From contig CBDCTA010000018.1 in the NCBI GenBank assembly GCA_965221955.1, positions 1-64,000 on the forward strand: a stretch of 64,000 bases of DNA, read 5' to 3'. Under the pieces are notes generated by a model that worked only from the letters and a program-made list of their open reading frames with translations, searched no databases and was not told the DNA's origin. Positions 11,212-20,420 of this stretch are shown here, one piece after another (within the stretch, counting starts at the first letter, position 1; every line of letters begins with the position of its first letter). The translations under genes were made by a program, and so were the position numbers. The DNA comes from Gammaproteobacteria bacterium (GTDB taxonomy: Bacteria; Pseudomonadota; Gammaproteobacteria; UBA4575).

Positions 11212-12339
11212 ATGTCTGAAACCCTCAAATTAGCAAAACAACTTATTGCTAAAGCTTCGGTAACACCTAAAGACGCAGGCTGCCAGACGGTAATTAGCGA
11301 ATACTTACAAACTTTTGGGTTTGATTCCGAAGTCATGCCCTTTGGAGAAGTCACGAACCTTTGGTTACGACGCGGTGAAGATGCTCCGCTATTTGTTTTC
11401 GCAGGCCACACTGATGTCGTGCCAACAGGCCCATTAGAGCAATGGCATTACGACCCCTTCTCACCCACGGTTCATGATGCGAAATTATTTGGACGTGGTG
11501 CAGCAGATATGAAATCTAGCATCGCCGCCATGGCTGTAGCATGTAAGAATTTTGTGCAATCAAATCCTGAACACAAAGGCTCTATTGCTTTTTTGCTTAC
11601 CAGTGATGAAGAAGGTCCCGCAATAAATGGCACCGTAAAAGTAATTGAAACGCTTCAAGCCAGAAATGAAAACATTGATATGTGCATTGTTGGGGAGCCC
11701 AGCAGCACAAACACACTTGGTGATACACTTAAAATTGGCCGACGTGGCTCACTTTCAGCGCAATTATTTATTTATGGCACACAAGGACATGTTGCATATC
11801 CACATTTAGCCAAAAACCCTGTACACGAATTTGCACCAACACTTAACGAACTTACTTCATTGCAGTGGGATGAAGGAAACGAACACTTCCCTGCAACGAC
11901 TTTTCAAATTTCAAATATCAGTGCTGGTACTGGTGCTAGCAACATCATCCCTGGAGTATTACAAATTGATTTTAATTTACGTTTCTCAACCGAAATCACA
12001 GCAGATGAAATTAAATCCAAAATTTTAAACCTGCTGGATAAACATGACTTAGATTACGAAATTGAATGGCATCTTTCTGGAAATCCTTTTTATTGTAAAC
12101 CGGGAAAATTAACTCATGCTTGTGAACATGCAATACAAGAAACAGTCAACATTAAATCTGAGCTCTCTACCGGAGGCGGTACTTCAGATGGCCGCTTTAT
12201 TGCTCCTACTGGCGCACAAGTCGTTGAGCTTGGACCTATAAACGAAAGCATTCACAAAGTAAACGAACATATTGAACTAGAAGCGCTAGATCAATTGACT
12301 AAGATTTATCAAAGAGTATTAGAAATACTACTTACTTAA
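11212..12339 (+). CDS. dapE: Succinyl-diaminopimelate desuccinylase
   Basis: FAGHTDVVP, GRGAADMK, TSDEEG, GRRGS and GGTSDGRF motifs. Confidence 0.97.
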   Translation: MSETLKLAKQLIAKASVTPKDAGCQTVISEYLQTFGFDSEVMPFGEVTNLWLRRGEDAPLFVFAGHTDVVPTGPLEQWHYDPFSPTVHDAKLFGRGAADMKSSIAAMAVACKNFVQSNPEHKGSIAFLLTSDEEGPAINGTVKVIETLQARNENIDMCIVGEPSSTNTLGDTLKIGRRGSLSAQLFIYGTQGHVAYPHLAKNPVHEFAPTLNELTSLQWDEGNEHFPATTFQISNISAGTGASNIIPGVLQIDFNLRFSTEITADEIKSKILNLLDKHDLDYEIEWHLSGNPFYCKPGKLTHACEHAIQETVNIKSELSTGGGTSDGRFIAPTGAQVVELGPINESIHKVNEHIELEALDQLTKIYQRVLEILLT

Positions 12340-12352
12340 ATGAATTTTTCTT

Positions 12353-12382
12353 AATGTCCGCTATCAGCCAATAGCGGTCATT
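12353..12382. repeat. 30-bp imperfect palindrome, copy 1
   Basis: AATGTCCGCTATCAGCCAATAGCGGTCATT; 23/30 identical to 12871-12900. Confidence 0.85.
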
Positions 12383-12492
12383 CACGATCCATTCATCAAA
12401 TCAATCTGATCTATGTTCGAAGGCACATCCCTAAATCTATTTCCTTACAACCAATTGAAGCAAAGCATCCATTACACTAAATTGTTATGACT

Positions 12493-12858
12493 TTAAAATT
12501 GAGATGTTCTCAGAAGGACTAAGGTACAAGCCATTTGTATTTCAATTCTTGCTTTTTCCAGTTGATTTATGGCGTTTTCATTTATAGTACCTGGATTGAG
12601 TATGACTCGATAAGGGGATGATTGAATGATGTCTTGGACTAAGGTGGATAAGATAGGTGGTCGGACATATACAGTGATCGTATCAATAGTTTGCGAACAT
12701 GATGCCAAATCGGGATAGCATTTGATCCCATCAATCATGTCATATTTTGGATTGATAGGAATTGTCGTGTGTCCTTTTTCAATCAGGAATTTCTGGGCCT
12801 TATTTGCGTACCGAGATTGATTTTTACTTGCACCAAGTATGGCTACGGTCTCTGTCAT
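12493..12858 (-). CDS. CoA-binding protein (YccU-like)
   Basis: VAILGAS, IPINP, IDTITVYV, ILNPG and ACTLV, typical of the CoA_binding_2 family. Confidence 0.88.
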   Translation of the reverse strand: MTETVAILGASKNQSRYANKAQKFLIEKGHTTIPINPKYDMIDGIKCYPDLASCSQTIDTITVYVRPPILSTLVQDIIQSSPYRVILNPGTINENAINQLEKARIEIQMACTLVLLRTSQF

Positions 12859-12870
12859 GGGATTGATTCT

Positions 12871-12900
12871 AATGTCTGCTTTGGGTCGTTAGCGGTCATT
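12871..12900. repeat. 30-bp imperfect palindrome, copy 2
   Basis: AATGTCTGCTTTGGGTCGTTAGCGGTCATT; contains the TGA stop of the upstream exonuclease gene (12896-12898). Confidence 0.85.
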
Positions 12901-13663
12901 TCCAGGCAGCTAAAAATCCATGCAAATGCTCTTCACCAGATTCTGCCAAGTAATCTCTCACCTGCTGGCATTTGTTTTTATATTCTTTTTGGTAAATCTT
13001 GCCACGCATAAGTTCAAAACGCAGAAAAACTAAATAGGTATTTAATACATCTGTCTCACAGTAATTTCGAATTTCTTCGATTTCTCCATTTAGGTAAGCA
13101 CCACATACTTTACTGCCATCCATGCCTAACTTACCTGGAAACCCAAGCATGGTTGCAATGTGGTCAAGTTTTGCATTGGCACGCATTTGATATCCTGCAA
13201 GCACATCCATTAAATCAATATGCCGCCAGTGGAAACGCCCTAGATAGTTGTTGTAACGAAAACTGGTATCTTCATCCCCCACTTGCCAATAATGATGTGC
13301 TTCTACACCATGCAGAAGTGCTCGATAATGGATAACAGGTAGATCAAAACCACCCCCATTCCAAGAAACAATGGTTGGATTGTATTTTTCCAATCCTGCA
13401 AAAAAACGCTCGAGCAATTCTTTCTCGGATGAGTCTTTCTCACCCAAAGACCATACTTTAAATTGATTACCTGATGATAACACGGCAGAAATAGCAACAA
13501 TTTGTTGCATATAGTGGGGCATAAAGCCACTACCTGTCTGTTGTGTGCGCAAATGCTCAATCGCTTTTATGACATCTTTATCAGACAATCCCTCAAGATC
13601 ATAAATTTTTTTACCTGACTCAACGTCAGGAACAGTTTCGATATCAAAAACTAAAACATTCAT
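12896..13663 (-). CDS. Predicted 3'-5' exonuclease (PolB-like DEDD family)
   Basis: VFDIETVPD, SWNGGGFDLPV, HIDLMD and YCETDV exonuclease motifs; follows cysM. Confidence 0.88.
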   Translation of the reverse strand: MNVLVFDIETVPDVESGKKIYDLEGLSDKDVIKAIEHLRTQQTGSGFMPHYMQQIVAISAVLSSGNQFKVWSLGEKDSSEKELLERFFAGLEKYNPTIVSWNGGGFDLPVIHYRALLHGVEAHHYWQVGDEDTSFRYNNYLGRFHWRHIDLMDVLAGYQMRANAKLDHIATMLGFPGKLGMDGSKVCGAYLNGEIEEIRNYCETDVLNTYLVFLRFELMRGKIYQKEYKNKCQQVRDYLAESGEEHLHGFLAAWK

Positions 13664-14553
13664 TGAGCAAATAAACCTGTTGATAAATATCGATCACCAC
13701 GATCACATACAATCATTACGATCACAGCATTTTCAACTTGCTCTGAAAGTTTTAAGGCGGCTACCATTGCACCACCCGACGACACTCCACAAAAAATTCC
13801 TTCTTCTTTACCCAATCTACGCATCATATTTTCTGCATCTTCTTGAGCGACTTGAATTACTTGATCAATATTTTTATCGTCGAAAATACTCGGCACATAT
13901 TCTTCAGGCCATTTTCGTATACCTGGTATCTTTGAACCTTCAGAAGGTTCTACTCCAACAATTTGAATATCAGGATTTACTTCTTTTAGAAACCTTGAGG
14001 TGCCCATGATGGTTCCAGTAGTGCCCATTGAGCTTACAAAATGCGTAATCTTGCCATCAGTATCCCGCCAAATTTCAGGGCCAGTAGTCTTATAATGTGC
14101 TAATGGATTATCTGGATTGGCAAATTGATCTAATACTTTGCCTTTTCCATCTGCCTGCATTTGCAATGCAAGATCCCTTGCACCCTCCATTCCCTGTTCT
14201 TCTGTAACCAGAATTAATTTAGCACCAAATGCTTGCATCGCATCGCGGCGTTCCTGACTCATATTTTCAGGCATAATCAATTTCAAATCATAGCCTTTCA
14301 TAGAAGCAACCATAGCAAGTGCAATTCCAGTATTGCCACTAGTCGCTTCGATCAAGCTGTCTCCCGGTTTAATTTCACCACGTTTTTCAGCTTCAACAAT
14401 CATACTAAGCGCAGGTCTATCTTTTACGGAACCAGCAGGGTTATTCCCTTCGAGCTTCCCTAAAATAATATTAGAGGTATCTCCAGGTAAACGCTGTAAC
14501 CTAACTAGAGGCGTATTACCAACAAATTCTTCAATAGTGGGAAAATTTTTCAT
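13660..14553 (-). CDS. cysM: Cysteine synthase B
   Basis: EGNNPAGSVKDR, EATSGNTG, MGTTGT and CDRGDRYLS motifs. Confidence 0.96.
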   Translation of the reverse strand: MKNFPTIEEFVGNTPLVRLQRLPGDTSNIILGKLEGNNPAGSVKDRPALSMIVEAEKRGEIKPGDSLIEATSGNTGIALAMVASMKGYDLKLIMPENMSQERRDAMQAFGAKLILVTEEQGMEGARDLALQMQADGKGKVLDQFANPDNPLAHYKTTGPEIWRDTDGKITHFVSSMGTTGTIMGTSRFLKEVNPDIQIVGVEPSEGSKIPGIRKWPEEYVPSIFDDKNIDQVIQVAQEDAENMMRRLGKEEGIFCGVSSGGAMVAALKLSEQVENAVIVMIVCDRGDRYLSTGLFAQ

Positions 14554-14560
14554 TGTTTTT

Positions 14561-14950
14561 TCATTCAGTGATAAGAGCTTGCGCGACTACATATTCTTTT
14601 TCGTCCGAAATACTAATATGTACTTCTAAACAATCCGCATTAATTTCTTTTGCAAATTCTTGCGTAAAAGCAAGAGAGGGTTTTCCTTTTTCATCATGGA
14701 TTACATACATCTTACGCCAATTCACATTATCTCGTATACCAGTACCTAACGCTTTAACAAAAGCTTCTTTTACTGCAAACCTTTTTGCTAAAAAAGAAAT
14801 TTTATTTGTTGATTCATCTAACTCAACAATCTCGTCATCATGCAATATTTTTGAGGAAAAATTTTCTTCATAACGCTCAAACGTTTTTGCAATACGAGAA
14901 ATCTCAACGATATCTATCCCGGTACCAATAATCTTCATGAATAGAACCAA
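14561..14950 (-). CDS. acpS: Holo-ACP synthase
   Basis: GIDIVEI, AKRFAVKEAFVKALGTG and HISISDE motifs. Confidence 0.95.
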   Translation of the reverse strand: MVLFMKIIGTGIDIVEISRIAKTFERYEENFSSKILHDDEIVELDESTNKISFLAKRFAVKEAFVKALGTGIRDNVNWRKMYVIHDEKGKPSLAFTQEFAKEINADCLEVHISISDEKEYVVAQALITE

Positions 14951-14954
14951 TCAA

Positions 14955-15689
14955 CTAAGCATTAAAAGACATTTTCTGTCGCATTTCTTGAACTGCGACC
15001 TCTAGCCCAACAAATAACGCACGCGCAACAATTGAATGACCAATATTTAATTCATATATATTATCTATATCAACAATCGACATTACATTTTCATAGTGCA
15101 AACCATGTCCTGCATTGACCACAAGCCCCAGTGACGCCGCATGTTTTACAGCATTTTTAATCCTTAGTAACTCAAACTGTTGCTTTTCACCCTCATTACT
15201 TGCGTAAGTACCAGTATGCAGTTCAATAACGGGCGCACCTACTTCCGCACAAGCATCAATTACTTTTAACTCCGGCTCTATAAACAATGAGACTGCAATG
15301 TGGGCTTCAGTTAATGCCGCTGTGATTTCTTTAATCCGTGCAGCATGCTCGATGACATCCAAACCACCTTCAGTAGTGAGTTCTTGTCGATGCTCGGGCA
15401 CAATACAGCAATTTTCTGGTTTTACCTTTAACGCAATATCTCGCATTTCATTCGTTGCTGCCATTTCTAGATTCATGCTGCTCTGAATGACTTGCTTTGC
15501 CAAATAAACATCATCATCTTGGATATGGCGACGATCTTCTCGCAAGTGCATGGTAATACCATCTGCGCCGGCTTGCTCAGTCAATAGGATGGCTTGTTTT
15601 AAATCTGGGTACGGTGTGAACCTTGCTTGACGAATAGTCATAACATGATCGAGGTTAACCCCCAGACGTACTTTTTGCTTATCTGACAT
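14955..15689 (-). CDS. pdxJ: Pyridoxine 5'-phosphate synthase
   Basis: LGVNLDH, HLREDRRHI, NAGHGL and ELNIGH motifs. Confidence 0.97.
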   Translation of the reverse strand: MSDKQKVRLGVNLDHVMTIRQARFTPYPDLKQAILLTEQAGADGITMHLREDRRHIQDDDVYLAKQVIQSSMNLEMAATNEMRDIALKVKPENCCIVPEHRQELTTEGGLDVIEHAARIKEITAALTEAHIAVSLFIEPELKVIDACAEVGAPVIELHTGTYASNEGEKQQFELLRIKNAVKHAASLGLVVNAGHGLHYENVMSIVDIDNIYELNIGHSIVARALFVGLEVAVQEMRQKMSFNA

Positions 15690-15715
15690 TTTAATTTTCA
15701 GTAACGTCCGAACGT

Positions 15716-16429
15716 TTATGCTTGCATAAATTGCAAAATTTCTCGACTGTGTAATGGACGACTATCTAAATGCCAATTAATGATGCCCCGCATAAGCCGT
15801 TTTGCTTCTAACTGACATGTTGCATCCATATTGAGAGGGGATTGCAGGGCAATCAATGTAGAGCCTTTAATCACATTCCATGCAGTGTTTTCCCTTGCAA
15901 CGTTTTTATTGGGGATCCTCGCAGGCCCTATTCCAACATCATAACGATATATAACATCTTCATGAATTGGAGTTTCATGATCTATTTCTTTATCCAGTGA
16001 CAGACCATGCCCCACTAACTCAAGCAATTCGATTTCAAATAGACGTAACACTTTTTCCTGACTACTACTCTCTTCCAGCAAACAAACTATATTTTGGTAC
16101 AAGTCAAAAATTTCCTTACTTGGACTAGATCTAGGTACCAGTTTTAAAATTAATTCATTCAAATACATTCCCACGATACATATTGCAGGAGAAGTCACTT
16201 GCTTAGCTGCAACAGACTCAAAGTGTATAAGTGTGAACAAATCGCCTCTACCACTCCAGGAGATTAACAAAGGCGAAAATAATAAATCCGTAGAAGAATT
16301 GATTTTCTTAGAGCTATGACCTAAACACGAAACTAAACCATGCTCGGGTGTAAGCATTTCCATAATACGACTCGACTCACGATAACGACGTGCGTGTATG
16401 CAGTAAGCTTGTTGTAGTTGAACTCTCAT
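15716..16429 (-). CDS. recO: DNA repair protein RecO
   Basis: HARRYRESS, YLNEL and LRLFE motifs; position between era and pdxJ. Confidence 0.92.
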   Translation of the reverse strand: MRVQLQQAYCIHARRYRESSRIMEMLTPEHGLVSCLGHSSKKINSSTDLLFSPLLISWSGRGDLFTLIHFESVAAKQVTSPAICIVGMYLNELILKLVPRSSPSKEIFDLYQNIVCLLEESSSQEKVLRLFEIELLELVGHGLSLDKEIDHETPIHEDVIYRYDVGIGPARIPNKNVARENTAWNVIKGSTLIALQSPLNMDATCQLEAKRLMRGIINWHLDSRPLHSREILQFMQA

Positions 16430-16435
16430 AACCCC

Positions 16436-16616
16436 AAGAAACTCTAATTTACATTTGATACGTCGTTAAAAAATGATCTTATGTTCACAGATGACTGTAT
16501 GCCAGTTTTACAAAAGCAAAAACTAGCCAAGTCGCTCATGTATAAGCTAATACATATCGCTCCTCTCAACATTTTTTCCTCGTCTCAAACATGGTATTAG
16601 CAAATCAGAGCTTCTT
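16436..16616. mobile_element. MITE-like element with imperfect terminal inverted repeats
   Basis: Left end AAGAAACTCTAATTT (16436-16450) versus reverse complement of right end AAGAAGCTCTGATTT (16602-16616), 13/15; fills the era-recO gap; no ORF. Confidence 0.55.
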
Positions 16617-16628
16617 AGATTTCATTTA

Positions 16629-17513
16629 TTAGTTTTCAAATTGTGCAACAATATCTTGCTGATCTTGCCAATTCTGTTTTACTTTTACCCAAGTTTTCAG
16701 CATAACTTTTTTTCTATACACACGCTCAAGCCTATTCCGCGCTTGTTCACCAATAGCTTTTAACTTTGACCCTCTTTTTCCAATAACAATAGCTTTCTGA
16801 CTATCTTTTTCAACCCAAATAATAACGTTTATGGTGATTAAATCATCCTCAAACTCTATATTTTCTACTTCAGTATAGATCGCATAAGGCAGCTCCTTGT
16901 GTAGCTGAGTGATAGCAGATCCACGAACAATTTCTGAAACAACAAAGTTTTCATCACGATCCCAAGTGACGTCTTCTGGAAATAAAAACATCGACTCTGG
17001 CAACTTTTTACATAAAACATTTATCAAGTCATTCATGTTTTTATCATGCAAAGCTGAAATGGGCAGGATATCCTCGAACGCATGACGCGCTTTGATATCA
17101 TTCATAATAGGTAACAAAGCAGATTTATCTTTGATTCGATCTATTTTATTAACCACTAACACAACCGGCCGGCCGGTCTGCTTTACTTGTTTTAGCAAGT
17201 AATCATCTTCATCATTCCAAGAGCCCATCTCAACCACCATCAGAATAATATCTACCTCTTGAAGAGCAGATAATGCATTGCTGATGAGCACTTTATTAAT
17301 TAAGCGTTTATTACCTAATTGAACACCAGGGGTATCTAATAAAATAAGCTGATGGTTTTTTAAGCTCAGAACACCGCGAATATTGTGCCGCGTCGTTTGT
17401 GGCTTATGCGTAGCGATAGATAATTGCTTGCCAAGCAAAGCGTTAAATAAAGTAGATTTACCAACATTTGCACGACCTACAATAGCCACAAAGCCACAAT
17501 ATTTTTCACTCAT
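16629..17513 (-). CDS. era: GTPase Era
   Basis: GRANVGKST, PQTTR, DTPG, NKID and KH domain IGKRG. Confidence 0.96.
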   Translation of the reverse strand: MSEKYCGFVAIVGRANVGKSTLFNALLGKQLSIATHKPQTTRHNIRGVLSLKNHQLILLDTPGVQLGNKRLINKVLISNALSALQEVDIILMVVEMGSWNDEDDYLLKQVKQTGRPVVLVVNKIDRIKDKSALLPIMNDIKARHAFEDILPISALHDKNMNDLINVLCKKLPESMFLFPEDVTWDRDENFVVSEIVRGSAITQLHKELPYAIYTEVENIEFEDDLITINVIIWVEKDSQKAIVIGKRGSKLKAIGEQARNRLERVYRKKVMLKTWVKVKQNWQDQQDIVAQFEN

Positions 17514-18184
17514 CTTGAATTAAGCTGCTTGATCATAAATTCAAAGGCAAGTTCAGCAGCTTCTTGTTCAGCCTTACGCCGACTAGCCCCTGTTCCAATG
17601 AAAGTTTCATCACAGTTCTCAATTTCACATTGGACGGAAAAAGTTTCATTACCTGACTTGCCATGTTTTTTGATCACAGTATAGGTTGGTAAGGCTTTGC
17701 TATTAGATTGTAGTAATTCCTGAATTCTAGTCTTTGCATCCTTAAGTTGCTCAACGGTTGGTATATTATTTAATCGCTTAGCATAAATTTTCTCAATAAA
17801 TTCACACGCGGCATCAAACCCTTCAGAAAGATATACTGCTCCTATCAGTGCTTCTAAAGCATCAGCTAATATTGATGACCTGTGTAGACCACCAGATTTC
17901 AATTCTCCAGCACCCAAAGAAAGATGCATGCCCAACTCATGTTCGCGCGCAATTTCTGCCAAAGTTTCTTTTCGTACTAGATGCGCACGAATACGGGTAA
18001 GGTCACCTTCTGGATAATCTGGAAAATGCTTGAACAGCCAGTTAGCAATAAAAAACCCTAACAGCGAATCACCTAGGTATTCTAAGCGTTCGTTGTTTTT
18101 ACTACTAACACTTCTATGTGTAAGCGCAAGACGGCAATGATCTGAGTTTAAAAGCTCTTTCCCTAGTAACTTTCCTAAACTCAA
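17510..18184 (-). CDS. rnc: Ribonuclease III
   Basis: NERLEYLGDS, ADALEALIGA and C-terminal dsRBD. Confidence 0.96.
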   Translation of the reverse strand: MSLGKLLGKELLNSDHCRLALTHRSVSSKNNERLEYLGDSLLGFFIANWLFKHFPDYPEGDLTRIRAHLVRKETLAEIAREHELGMHLSLGAGELKSGGLHRSSILADALEALIGAVYLSEGFDAACEFIEKIYAKRLNNIPTVEQLKDAKTRIQELLQSNSKALPTYTVIKKHGKSGNETFSVQCEIENCDETFIGTGASRRKAEQEAAELAFEFMIKQLNSR

Positions 18185-18202
18185 CTTACGTTCTTTAAAA
18201 AT

Positions 18203-18580
18203 TTATTTTTTTGTAGTAATTGTTTGACGTTGATCAAACTTAGCCACAGCATCCAAATTAGCAACCACAGGAACTCTAAGCTCATAGTCTAATCCAAATT
18301 CTATAGAATCCTTATTTTTACTATAAACAAAATGCTCTTTCTTCACACCACTGATACCATTAATGTTCAACCTCTTATCAATAGACTCCCATAATTGTTT
18401 TTTATTAGGTTTTTTACTTTTCATTTCTAATGAAATGTCTTCAATGATTTTCTCAGTTGTAAGTCCTTTATAGTAAACAGGAAATAATTTCACACCTAAC
18501 ATTAACAAGAAGCCAATTAATGCTGCAAAAAATACCCAAAATATAAATGTTGCGCCACGTTGCTTGTACATACTTATCAT
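18203..18580 (-). CDS. DUF4845-like membrane-anchored protein
   Basis: KQRG followed by an N-terminal hydrophobic helix; conserved position between lepB and rnc. Confidence 0.75.
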   Translation of the reverse strand: MISMYKQRGATFIFWVFFAALIGFLLMLGVKLFPVYYKGLTTEKIIEDISLEMKSKKPNKKQLWESIDKRLNINGISGVKKEHFVYSKNKDSIEFGLDYELRVPVVANLDAVAKFDQRQTITTKK

Positions 18581-18595
18581 TTGACCACCCTCATA

Positions 18596-19441
18596 TTAGA
18601 TAATTTTTTTACCTATTCTCTTAAAATTAAATTTCTTACCTGCAAAATCCCAATTCATCCAAACTAAAAAAGCTCTTCCAACCAAATTCTCTTCCGGAAC
18701 AAAGCCCCATATTCGGCTATCACTACTATGATCTCTATTATCACCCATAACAAAAAAATGATTTTGTGGAACTGTAAATTCTCCAGGCATGCTGTAACCA
18801 ATTTTCTTTAATAAAATATCATGCGGACGAGGATCCAGATTTTCACGGAAAATCATTGCGCCATTCATAACACTATTTGCGCCATCACCTTGGTACGTAC
18901 CATTTTTTTCCTGATGCACTAATATCCCATTGATGTACAGTTTTTTATCGCGGTAAGCAATGTGATCACCCGGCAATCCTATTACACGTTTAATATAATC
19001 ATCTGCTGGATTTTTTGGAAAGCGAAACACTGCTACATCACCACGTTGAGGCGTTCCTATATTCAATATTTTTTGATGCCACACGGGTAAACGAACCCCA
19101 TAACTAAATTTGTTTACTAGAATAAAATCACCATGTAACAAGGTAGGCATCATTGAACCTGATGGAATACGAAATGGCTCAGCTACAAAAGATCTCAGAA
19201 TTAAAACAATCAAAAGAATTGGAAAAAAAGACTTACTAATATCAACTAACCATGGCTCTCGATAGTCTTTATTCCTAGTTCCAACAGCCTCTTGACTGTG
19301 CACAGCATTGTAAGACTCCTCAAGCGCTCTCTTGCGTCGCTTATCGCCAAGAAACAGCTTATCTAATAACCATACTAAGCCTGTAACTAAGGTTCCAATT
19401 AATAGGGCGAGCTCTAAATCAAAATGCATAGCGGGTGACAT
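18596..19441 (-). CDS. lepB: Signal peptidase I
   Basis: EPFRIPSGSMMPTL, YIKRVIGLPGD and GDNRDHSSDSR motifs. Confidence 0.97.
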   Translation of the reverse strand: MSPAMHFDLELALLIGTLVTGLVWLLDKLFLGDKRRKRALEESYNAVHSQEAVGTRNKDYREPWLVDISKSFFPILLIVLILRSFVAEPFRIPSGSMMPTLLHGDFILVNKFSYGVRLPVWHQKILNIGTPQRGDVAVFRFPKNPADDYIKRVIGLPGDHIAYRDKKLYINGILVHQEKNGTYQGDGANSVMNGAMIFRENLDPRPHDILLKKIGYSMPGEFTVPQNHFFVMGDNRDHSSDSRIWGFVPEENLVGRAFLVWMNWDFAGKKFNFKRIGKKII

Positions 19442-19636
19442 ATGGGTTTATCAAATATCGATAATAAATAAAAATAGATAGCTAAATACTATCCATTTGA
19501 AAATACTTTATAAAAAGGAGGTTTTACTCTATGAGGAACCATGAAATCACGTAGCTTATAAGTATAGAAGCTAATCCCGGCAAGTGCGAGCTTGAGACCG
19601 ACTATCTGTAACGATGTCTGTGCCGCCATACATGAT

Positions 19637-19659
19637 ATGCGACTAGTAGATAGTCGCAT
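19637..19659 (-). terminator. Hairpin immediately 3' of tRNA-Pro
   Basis: ATGCGACTA-GTAGA-TAGTCGCAT perfect 9-bp stem; no strong U tract. Confidence 0.45.
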
Positions 19660-19662
19660 GTC

Positions 19663-19739
<77 letters not shown>

Positions 19740-19778
19740 ATAAAAATGAAAATTACGAATTGATTATAGAGCGGTTGC

Positions 19779-20135
19779 TTAGCGTTTTAAAACTTGCAGT
19801 AAATCTTCAAGCTCTACGCGCATTTGATGCACGACTTGTTGGCTTTGATTTTGATCTTCTTTAGCATCTGAACCAGAAAGCTTCTGTCTCGCACCACCAA
19901 TAGTGTAGCCCTGCTCATAAAGAAGACTACGAATTTGGCGGATTAGAATCACATCATGACGCTGATAGTACCTACGGTTACCGCGCCTCTTGACGGGCTT
20001 CAGAGAAGGAAACTCTTGTTCCCAATATCGAAGCACATGTGGTTTAACACCACATAATTCACTTACTTCCCCAATTGTAAAATAGCGTTTCCCTGGAATC
20101 GCCGGCAATTCGTTATTATTGTTGATTTCCAGCAT
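19779..20135 (-). CDS. MerR-family transcriptional regulator
   Basis: YFTIGEVS...[11 protein letters not shown]...RRYY; conserved partner of ihfA; start placed at MLEINN (20135). Confidence 0.92.
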   Translation of the reverse strand: MLEINNNNELPAIPGKRYFTIGEVSELCGVKPHVLRYWEQEFPSLKPVKRRGNRRYYQRHDVILIRQIRSLLYEQGYTIGGARQKLSGSDAKEDQNQSQQVVHQMRVELEDLLQVLKR

Positions 20136-20415
20136 ATGCCTCAACTCTCGCTTTTAATTTCTGACCAGGACGGAACGTAACTACACGTCTTGCAGAAATT
20201 GGAATCTCCTCACCTGTTTTTGGGTTTCGCCCAGGGCGCTGGTTTTTATCACGCAGAATAAAATTACCAAAACCCGATAACTTTACTTCATGCCCTTCTT
20301 CGAGCGCGACACGAACTTCCTCAAAAAAAATTTCGACGAGTTCTTTTGCTTCACGTTTGTTGAGGCCTAACTCCTCAAACAAATTTTCTGCCATGTCTGC
20401 TTTTGTGAGCGCCAT
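20116..20415 (-). CDS. ihfA: Integration host factor alpha
   Basis: MALTKADM...KLSGFGNF...[10 protein letters not shown]. Confidence 0.97.
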   Translation of the reverse strand: MALTKADMAENLFEELGLNKREAKELVEIFFEEVRVALEEGHEVKLSGFGNFILRDKNQRPGRNPKTGEEIPISARRVVTFRPGQKLKARVEAYAGNQQ

Positions 20416-20420
20416 TATTA

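Noticed and set aside
12353-12900. Classical integron attC sites or a CRISPR mini-array
   Set aside because: The sites are 30 bp without RYYYAAC/GTTRRRY boxes; there are only two copies, 488 bp apart, and no intI or cas genes.
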